DNA of 33,549 bases, taken from the NCBI GenBank assembly GCA_964480825.1, contig CAYZRJ010000001.1, positions 1 through 33,549 of the forward strand, written 5' to 3'. The stretch's first letter is position 1. Every line of letters starts with the position of its first letter. Shown piece after piece: positions 28,408-33,549 of the stretch. The position numbers were made by a program, and so were the translations under genes. The stretch comes from an uncultured Candidatus Saccharibacteria bacterium. GTDB lineage: Bacteria > Patescibacteriota > WWE3 > UBA101185 > UBA10185. The notes below the pieces were generated by a model. The model was not told the origin of the DNA. It saw nothing but the letters and a program-made list of their open reading frames with translations, and ran no database searches.

Positions 28408-28797
28408 TTATTTGGTTCTTGAGTGATTGACGACATCTACGATATGTCGATCTTTGATCAAACACCACGATCCGGGTAAAAACCTTGGCCAAACTTCGAC
28501 GGTGCGATTTCCCGTTATACCCATATCTATAAGGAGCTTAGCGACTTCACTGCAAAGAAAATTTGCCTTTGCTTCAAGATCTTCGTCTGGACAGGTGTCC
28601 AAAAAGACGATGAAGTCTGACGCGTCGGGATCTGCGTCAAGAATGTCACATTTGTTCAGGTTCACAATAACATCCGTGGGAGGATGTTCAGATATTTCAC
28701 ATACTGTTTTCTTGACACGAGAACGTATTTCTCGAAAACTGACGGAAAGCATGTGCTCAACACGCGAGTTTTTTGGTGCAAAAGTAACAATTGGCAT
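28408..28797 (-). CDS. Uncharacterised soluble protein, family A copy 2 (129 aa; begins Met-Pro)
   Basis: Paralog of 26834..27220, with an AAGGAG SD and its own promoter. Confidence 0.8.
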   Translation of the reverse strand: MPIVTFAPKNSRVEHMLSVSFREIRSRVKKTVCEISEHPPTDVIVNLNKCDILDADPDASDFIVFLDTCPDEDLEAKANFLCSEVAKLLIDMGITGNRTVEVWPRFLPGSWCLIKDRHIVDVVNHSRTK

Positions 28798-28836
28798 GAC
28801 TAACTCCTTTTATTTATATTTGAATAAGTTAAACGT

Positions 28837-28864
28837 ATTATAGGGTGTTTATAGAGGAATGCAA
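28837..28864 (-). promoter_or_regulatory. Sigma70-type promoter of cassette 2
   Basis: On the minus strand, -35 TTGCAT (28864-28859), a 16-nt spacer and -10 TATAAT (28842-28837). The leader is homologous to 27749-27811. Confidence 0.7.
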
Positions 28865-28890
28865 ATCGGCTTTTGTACTCTAGCACCCAG

Positions 28891-28928
28891 AAAAAACAAA
28901 AGCCTCGCATTATAATGAGAGGCTTTTT
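28891..28928 (-). terminator. Rho-independent terminator after the orphan family A gene (hairpin flanked by A/T runs on both sides)
   Basis: Stem AAAAGCCTC (28898-28906) / GAGGCTTTT (28919-28927) around a 12-nt loop. The minus strand continues TTTTGTTTTTTCT. Confidence 0.7.
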
Positions 28929-28935
28929 ACGAGAG

Positions 28936-29325
28936 TCAAACCCAGACTAAATCAGAATACACGATCTTGTCTTCCCGAATCGTACAAAACATTCCGGGTA
29001 AAGTGCTGGGGTGGATTTCGATAACACAATCCGTGGTCATCCCAATCGAAACTAGCATTTGAACAATCTGATGATAGATTTCATCCGCCAATTCTCTACC
29101 CACCGGACTTCCAATCGAGATATAAATCGCATAATCCACGCCATCTGGAATCGGTCCGACTTCCGGCTCTCCGATTTCGTGAATACCAACTTCCGTATCA
29201 TCGAATCGACAACTGAGATACGACAAGAAAATACTTTGAATATTTAAACGCGCATTGCTGATTCGTTCTACGAGAAACTCTCGCACTTTCATATTTCTAG
29301 GTGAAAACCATACATTATTTTTCAT
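28936..29325 (-). CDS. Uncharacterised soluble protein, family A copy 3 (129 aa, divergent orphan copy)
   Basis: It aligns with the other two family A proteins over the full length at roughly a quarter to a third identity. Shared patches are F-x-P-(K/R)-N-x-x-V near the N-terminus, D-(F/Y)-x-(I/V) ... (V/I)-E-(V/I)-x-P, and LPG-x-(W/F)-C-x-I-(K/R). It has its own promoter and terminator. Confidence 0.7.
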   Translation of the reverse strand: MKNNVWFSPRNMKVREFLVERISNARLNIQSIFLSYLSCRFDDTEVGIHEIGEPEVGPIPDGVDYAIYISIGSPVGRELADEIYHQIVQMLVSIGMTTDCVIEIHPSTLPGMFCTIREDKIVYSDLVWV

Positions 29326-29362
29326 GTCTATTCCTTTCGTTTTGATTTAGAGTATTAGATTT

Positions 29363-29391
29363 AATATAGGATAAATACAGGAAAAAGGCAA
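29363..29391 (-). promoter_or_regulatory. Sigma70-type promoter of the orphan family A gene
   Basis: On the minus strand, -35 TTGCCT (29391-29386), a 17-nt spacer and -10 TATATT (29368-29363). It lies 14 nt after the radical SAM stop codon. Confidence 0.55.
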
Positions 29392-29404
29392 TCCGGATAA
29401 AACT

Positions 29405-31102
29405 TCATTTCCCAATCTTCGCAGAAACGTCGGCCTTCTTTTTTTCGGCCGTTATTTTACTATCGATTAAATTTTTAGCAATCTGATTATCCTCTTTTTT
29501 AGGCAAGATATGTGTGAATAAACTTTTTATAGCGTTTACCCAAAACTTCGGTGAGTTTTTATTTACTTTAGTTTGATCTTTATCAAAGTCTAATAAATGA
29601 CCGACAATCTTCCAACCCGAATACCAAATAAATTTGACGTCATCCCAATTACGCACACTTGTCAATTTTCGCAACATATACTGCGGTGTAAAAAATGACG
29701 CGTAAAGTTCTTGAGTAAGTTCGTACAACCTTTCTTCGGGAAATGGAACTTTCATAACGGGGCCGCGCATATCAAAAGCCTCGTAATCGTATTTATCAAC
29801 TTTTAACCAATCATTTTGAATACATTGTTTGTACAAAGGAGTTCCCGGGTAAGGAATAACTATTGTTGCCTGCATAGTATCAACGTAACCCGTTTTAAAT
29901 AATCTTTTAGCTAAAGCGATAGTATTTTTAGCCATTTCTTCTGTCTCCCACGGGTAGCCGAGCATTACGGTTAAGTGCGGTTCTAGGCCACCCTTTTTTG
30001 CCATACGAACCCCCTCTTCTATTTCGTGTACTTGCAAACCTTTGTCCAATTTATCCAATGTTTCTTGGTTGGCAGATTCCATACCATACAAAATAAACCT
30101 AAAGTTAGCTTTGCCCATCAAATCATAATATTCTTGATTAATTGCGTTTAAACGCATGTTGCACCCAAAAACCACTTTTTTGTTATACCCCGATTCGATA
30201 AGCAGGTTACAAAACTTTTTAAGCGGAGGTCCGATAAATAAAGTTCCCGCGTCGTCAAAAATTTCTCGAACTCCGTAATTATCAACAACGTGTTTAACTT
30301 CGGCAAACAATCTTTCGGGCGAAAATCTACGATAAGTTCCCATTGGATTTATGGTATGATCCCAAACACAAAACGTGCATCGGTTCCACCAGCAATCTTT
30401 TCCTGAATACATATAAGTTGCCGGAGTGTATTTATAGTTTCCGTTTTCGTATGCATAATACTCCCAGTGCGTAAGGTCTCGATCAACAAAAGGAAGTTCG
30501 TCTAAGTTGTGGGTTTGTTTTAATGGGCCGCTAATCCAATATGCTTTTTCACCGTTTACTTTAGAATCTTCGTATTTTATAAACTCGCCCAGTGTTACCC
30601 TTGCATCGCCGATTCTGCCCCAAATTCCTCCGACAAGTTGCTCCCCTTTACTCATAGAATTTGCTAAGTCAGTAAGCATAAAATCATAATCACCGCCGGT
30701 AATAATGTAATCAACAGGTGAATTATCCATCGTTTCTTTGGGGTCGTACGTAACTTGATCGCCTACTATCGCAATAGCCATTTTAGGAAATTTTTCTTTA
30801 AGCTCTTTGATTACACCCCAGTGCAACTTAACAACAGGAGATTTGGTTTCGATCATCAGTAAATCGGGCTTTTCAATATCTAGCTGATCCATCCATTGTT
30901 GATGGGTCTGTTTAGCACCGATTCCGTCCATCCAAACTACCTCATATCCTTTTGCTTTAGCCTGCGAGGCCGCGTAAGCCGGCACCATAGGGTAAATATA
31001 AGTCGGAGCGTTAAAATACTGAAACTGTCTGTTTTGAGACAACAGCGCGACTCCCTTGTTTGTTATTATTGGAGGGTAACCTACGGCGATTTTAAAAGTC
31101 AT
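29405..31102 (-). CDS. B12-binding-domain radical SAM enzyme (class B-like)
   Basis: 565-aa ORF with an N-terminal Rossmann-like B12-binding-type domain (...DLLMIETKSP...IAIVGDQVTYDP...DYIITGGDYD). The Fe-S motif GKDCWWNRCTFC was confirmed by hand translation of 30361-30420. A TIM-barrel-type region follows (FDDAG...YGMES...). Confidence 0.8.
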   Translation of the reverse strand: MTFKIAVGYPPIITNKGVALLSQNRQFQYFNAPTYIYPMVPAYAASQAKAKGYEVVWMDGIGAKQTHQQWMDQLDIEKPDLLMIETKSPVVKLHWGVIKELKEKFPKMAIAIVGDQVTYDPKETMDNSPVDYIITGGDYDFMLTDLANSMSKGEQLVGGIWGRIGDARVTLGEFIKYEDSKVNGEKAYWISGPLKQTHNLDELPFVDRDLTHWEYYAYENGNYKYTPATYMYSGKDCWWNRCTFCVWDHTINPMGTYRRFSPERLFAEVKHVVDNYGVREIFDDAGTLFIGPPLKKFCNLLIESGYNKKVVFGCNMRLNAINQEYYDLMGKANFRFILYGMESANQETLDKLDKGLQVHEIEEGVRMAKKGGLEPHLTVMLGYPWETEEMAKNTIALAKRLFKTGYVDTMQATIVIPYPGTPLYKQCIQNDWLKVDKYDYEAFDMRGPVMKVPFPEERLYELTQELYASFFTPQYMLRKLTSVRNWDDVKFIWYSGWKIVGHLLDFDKDQTKVNKNSPKFWVNAIKSLFTHILPKKEDNQIAKNLIDSKITAEKKKADVSAKIGK

Positions 31103-31129
31103 AATACATATAGACTACATTAAATATGT

Positions 31130-31393
31130 TCATTTTGCATCCGGGTACAACTGATTACCGTTTAGATCTTCGATAATAATAGCGGTAGTCGGACATGACG
31201 CGGCCGCTGTAATTATTTCTTGAGCTTCGTCCCACGTTCCTTCTTTTACATAGGCTATACCCTCGTCATCTAAATCAAAGGTGTTTGGCGCGTGAATAAT
31301 ACAAGTGCCCGCACTTATGCAAAGCGTGTTAATCACTTTAATTTTTACCTTAGAATTTGGATCTGATGTAAATTCGTTTTGTCCTCTTTTCAT
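31130..31393 (-). CDS. Small single-cluster ferredoxin ([3Fe-4S]/[4Fe-4S] type)
   Basis: 87-aa ORF with C-I-S-A-G-T-C ... D-x-D-D-E-G ... C-P-T-T-A-I, the C-x5-C...CP pattern of small actinobacterial/P450-type ferredoxins. Confidence 0.8.
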   Translation of the reverse strand: MKRGQNEFTSDPNSKVKIKVINTLCISAGTCIIHAPNTFDLDDEGIAYVKEGTWDEAQEIITAAASCPTTAIIIEDLNGNQLYPDAK

Positions 31394-31394
31394 A

Positions 31395-32390
31395 TTAGCC
31401 CTCGGTGTAGTTACCTGTTTGCACGTCTACAGCTTTTAATTTTAACTTGGGACGCTTAATAAATCCAACAATAAAGTTTGTACCATAAATTAAATGGGTC
31501 AAAAATATTCCAAGTGCAACGTATAGACCGGCTTTTATATTTTTTTGTTTTATGGCCTCGGTTCCGAGAAGGGAAATGTATAGCGCCACGGTCGCAAGAT
31601 ACACAAGTCTTAAAGCAGTCACAAAGGGACCGAGTAGTAATCCCAGTATAAAAATTGACGGCACAAAATAACTTGGGATCCGCGAATTTTCAGGAAATAT
31701 TCGTGCGAACTGTCCGCGGTGTCTGCCGTAACGCGAGATTTGCTTTAAGTGCGGAACAAAAAGATTTCTTCTGTGGTGATAAACAATAGGCTTTGGGCTG
31801 TATTTAAATTTTTTACCGTAAGCTTTGATTAAATCCAAACATAATTTTGTATCTTCGCCGGGCCAAAACTCTAAACTAAATCCACCGATTTTTTCATAAG
31901 CTTCTTTTCGCACGAACAGATTTACCGTCGGATAATCGTCAATATCTCTTTTGGGCAATGGAATATGACGATAAGTTGTGCCTCCGCTAGCCATCCAAGA
32001 TTCTAAAACTTTTCCGGACATTAGTTCTAAAAATTTCGCGTCAATTGGCGTTATCGCAGGTCCTCCCAAAGCATACAAATTTTTGTCTTGAAACAACTTG
32101 TCGGCCTCGATCAACCAATCGGTTTTTGGGTACGCATCATCGTCCAAGAAAACTAAAACGTCTCCCGTTGCTTTTTTGGCGGCTAAATTTCTTTTTACGT
32201 TTGGATTTCCGGATCCTCCGGACGAAAGAAAAATAAATCTCTCGTCCAAACCAAAATCATTTTGCACCTCCTGATCAGTTACTACTATAACTTCGTAATT
32301 TTTGTAATCTAAATTTTGTAAATGAGTAAAGCTCTCTTTCAAAAAATCACCAACTCCTCGCGCCGGAATTATTACACTAAATTTAGTCAT
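31395..32390 (-). CDS. Glycosyltransferase family 2 (GT-A) with C-terminal TM helices
   Basis: 331-aa ORF with FSVIIPARG...YEVIVVTD...VLVFLDDDAYP (DxD), followed by 2-3 hydrophobic helices. Confidence 0.85.
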   Translation of the reverse strand: MTKFSVIIPARGVGDFLKESFTHLQNLDYKNYEVIVVTDQEVQNDFGLDERFIFLSSGGSGNPNVKRNLAAKKATGDVLVFLDDDAYPKTDWLIEADKLFQDKNLYALGGPAITPIDAKFLELMSGKVLESWMASGGTTYRHIPLPKRDIDDYPTVNLFVRKEAYEKIGGFSLEFWPGEDTKLCLDLIKAYGKKFKYSPKPIVYHHRRNLFVPHLKQISRYGRHRGQFARIFPENSRIPSYFVPSIFILGLLLGPFVTALRLVYLATVALYISLLGTEAIKQKNIKAGLYVALGIFLTHLIYGTNFIVGFIKRPKLKLKAVDVQTGNYTEG

Positions 32391-33201
32391 TTTTTAAAAC
32401 CTCGCCTGTATTTATATTCATTTCGAGTTCCGGATCGTATGTACGAACTCTATTTTTATCGTCATCATAGTATTTAAGTATCTTTAAGCGGTAAAACACC
32501 GCAAACGTATCGTTTAACATAAATTGAATATTTCTATCAAAAATTATAAAAGGAGAGAAATTAGTGTTTTCGCTTGTCCACGCAACTTCAACGGGCGCCT
32601 CAAATATTCTGCTAAATCCCAAGTGTTTTGCTACGGCTAAAATTTCTATATCAAAGGCAAATTTTTTAACAAGAAGTCGGGGCAAGACCTTTTCCAGAAC
32701 TTGGCGTCGGTATACTTTTAAACCTGTTTGGGTGTCTTTCAGACGCAAACCAAATAAAATTCGAACTAATAGGTGATAACCTTTGCTATAAATCTTTCTA
32801 ATTAAGGGATAATTTATTTTCGAAACCGGATGCCCTTTACTACCGACTATTATATCCGCGTTATACCATTCCATGTGTTCTAAAAGCATTGAGATACCGT
32901 TTGGATTTATATCCATCCCCGAATCAATAAACGAAATGTAATCCCCTACCGCCCGCGCCATACCGTAGCGCACTGCGTAACCTTTACCTTTGTTATCTTT
33001 ATACCCAACAACCGAAACCTCAGCTAAACTCACCTCTTTTGCTTCTTCAAAAGTTCTATCTACAAAACCGTCTACAACCACAATAATTTCAAAATCCCAG
33101 CGAGTTTTTGTCATGACGTTGTAAATGCGTTTTATATCTTCTTTTATTGTTTTTTCCTGCTTGTAGGCAGGAACTATTATTGATACCAACACTATTCGCA
33201 T
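32383..33201 (-). CDS. Glycosyltransferase family 2, GtrB/DPM1-like (polyprenyl-phosphate sugar synthase-like)
   Basis: 272-aa ORF with VSIIVPAYKQE...EIIVVVDGFVDRT...NKGKGYAVRYG...ISFIDSGMD...IIVGSK...LKDTQTGLKVY...FAFDIEIL. Confidence 0.8.
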   Translation of the reverse strand: MRIVLVSIIVPAYKQEKTIKEDIKRIYNVMTKTRWDFEIIVVVDGFVDRTFEEAKEVSLAEVSVVGYKDNKGKGYAVRYGMARAVGDYISFIDSGMDINPNGISMLLEHMEWYNADIIVGSKGHPVSKINYPLIRKIYSKGYHLLVRILFGLRLKDTQTGLKVYRRQVLEKVLPRLLVKKFAFDIEILAVAKHLGFSRIFEAPVEVAWTSENTNFSPFIIFDRNIQFMLNDTFAVFYRLKILKYYDDDKNRVRTYDPELEMNINTGEVLKND

Positions 33202-33330
33202 TATATCAGGTGTACCTGATGCGTGAGTACACTAACCAGTCCGCTTATTTAGGAACCTGAATGCATACAGCGACGCCACCGCAAGCGCAACTGAGATAAT
33301 CGAGCTGTCTAACATAATTACATAAATTTT

Positions 33331-33339
33331 TGCTAAAAT
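33331..33339 (+). promoter_or_regulatory. Possible extended -10 promoter (TGcTAAAAT) for the plus-strand nucleotidyltransferase gene; would give a leaderless or near-leaderless mRNA
   Basis: TG at 33331-33332 and TAAAAT at 33334-33339, only 6 nt before the ATG at 33346. No SD is visible. Confidence 0.3.
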
Positions 33340-33345
33340 AACCAT

Positions 33346-33549
33346 ATGAGCGAACTTAAAGATAATCAAAAACTTATAAATCTTTGCAAACAAAAAGACA
33401 TCTCTTATTTAGGACTTTTTGGCTCTTATGCTAGAGGGGAACAAAAAGACTCTAGTGATATTGATCTTTTAGTAAATTTTAAACAACCGGTTGGCTATTT
33501 TAAACTTGTGCAAGTTCAAAACGATATAAAAGATCTTTTAAATAAGGAG
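33346..33549 (+). CDS. Nucleotidyltransferase-domain protein, MntA-like (antitoxin of HepT/MntA-type modules), N-terminal 68 aa; continues beyond the right edge
   Basis: Hand translation gives MSELKDNQKLINLCKQKDISYLGLFGSYARGEQKDSSDIDLLVNFKQP..., which contains the minimal-NTase motif G-S-x-x-R-G-x(5-6)-S-D-x-D-L. Confidence 0.7.
   Translation, partial: MSELKDNQKLINLCKQKDISYLGLFGSYARGEQKDSSDIDLLVNFKQPVGYFKLVQVQNDIKDLLNKE

Larger units (their letters stand above)
27834..28865 (-). repeat. Segmental duplication unit, copy 2 (terminator + family B + family A + SD + leader + promoter). Its leader/promoter part (28804-28865) is also repeated at 27749-27811
   Basis: See copy 1. The leader CTCCTTTTATTTA...ATAAGTTAAACGTATTATAGGGT...ATGCAA is present upstream of both the 161-aa gene and cassette 2. 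Confidence 0.75.

Noticed and set aside
26880-28843. Plus-strand ORFs 26880..27107 (75 aa) and 28427..28843 (138 aa) antisense to the two family A genes; the fact that both copies keep an open antisense frame looked interesting
   Set aside because: The two antisense frames are simply co-duplicated with ~85% identical DNA. They start inside the sense genes without an SD, the 138-aa one runs through the sense promoter, and their translations are Ser/Thr/Arg-rich. The sense frames have SDs, promoters, terminators and a third divergent paralog supporting them.
26253-28865. Diversity-generating retroelement (template/variable repeat) as an explanation for the diverged duplicate cassettes
   Set aside because: There is no reverse transcriptase gene in the window. 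Substitutions are spread over whole genes, involve all base types rather than adenines, and include indels.
168-32776. Nearly all plus-strand ORFs in the track (e.g. 168..398, 784..1014, 2902..3135, 4699..5084, 9812..10105, 13035..13528, 14155..14466, 15210..15539, 15927..16367, 17193..17477, 18303..18822, 19220..19471, 20235..20781, 21018..21272, 22161..22421, 23955..24188, 32045..32236, 32564..32776)
   Set aside because: Each lies antisense within a long minus-strand gene that has clear family signatures. Their translations are low-complexity or Ser/Leu/Phe/Ile-rich with no motifs, no SD and no independent intergenic space. They are shadow ORFs typical of AT-rich DNA.
33232-33345. Small minus-strand ORF (MVILAKIYVIMLDSSIISVALAVASLYAFRFLNKRTG, 37 aa, one hydrophobic helix) in the divergent intergenic region, its ATG abutting the plus-strand ATG (CAT|ATG)
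   Set aside because: It has no SD and no room for a promoter, it is short, and its locally higher GC makes a chance open frame likely. It cannot be supported without conservation or expression data.
1-33549. Scan for tRNA/rRNA genes, CRISPR repeats, IS elements, integrases and att-like direct repeats flanking the GC-rich insert
   Set aside because: I found no cloverleaf-like or rRNA-like segment, no regularly spaced short repeats and no transposase/integrase-like ORF. The only repeats found are the cassette duplication and its promoter/terminator copies. This was a by-eye scan, so small or degenerate elements could have been missed.

Overview
Low-GC bacterial window (spot counts of single 60-nt lines give about 30-35% GC). 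It is almost entirely one minus-strand gene array, and only the last, truncated gene is on the plus strand. The window is a cell-envelope glycan biosynthesis locus. It holds 4 GT-B (GT4-like) and 5 GT-A (GT2-like) glycosyltransferases; at least two of the GT2s look like GtrB/DPM1-type polyprenyl-phosphate sugar synthases. There are five large polytopic GT-C-like membrane proteins, two of them over 1000 aa and YfhO/AftD-like, each followed by a small overlapping membrane-protein gene. A nucleotide-sugar tailoring block contains 2 SDR epimerase/dehydratases, a split transketolase, 2 SAM methyltransferases and an AsnB-type amidotransferase. A B12-binding radical SAM enzyme with an adjacent ferredoxin is also present. 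Tiny or negative intergenic gaps, giant membrane proteins and the lack of a recognisable Wzx/Wzy/ABC exporter suggest an uncultivated low-GC lineage such as CPR/Patescibacteria, but this is inference only. The stand-out region is about 24.24-29.40 kb, a GC-richer insert (about 50% in spot counts) with its own sigma70-type promoters, strong AAGGAG ribosome-binding sites and four intrinsic terminators. It carries a divergent GtrB-like GT2. At 26.25-29.39 kb it carries tandemly duplicated two-gene cassettes for two protein families I cannot assign (family A, 128/129/129 aa, three copies; family B, 169/167 aa, two copies) plus a 161-aa singleton. That cassette array is my candidate for an undescribed system. 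I saw no rRNA, tRNA, CRISPR array, transposase or integrase.
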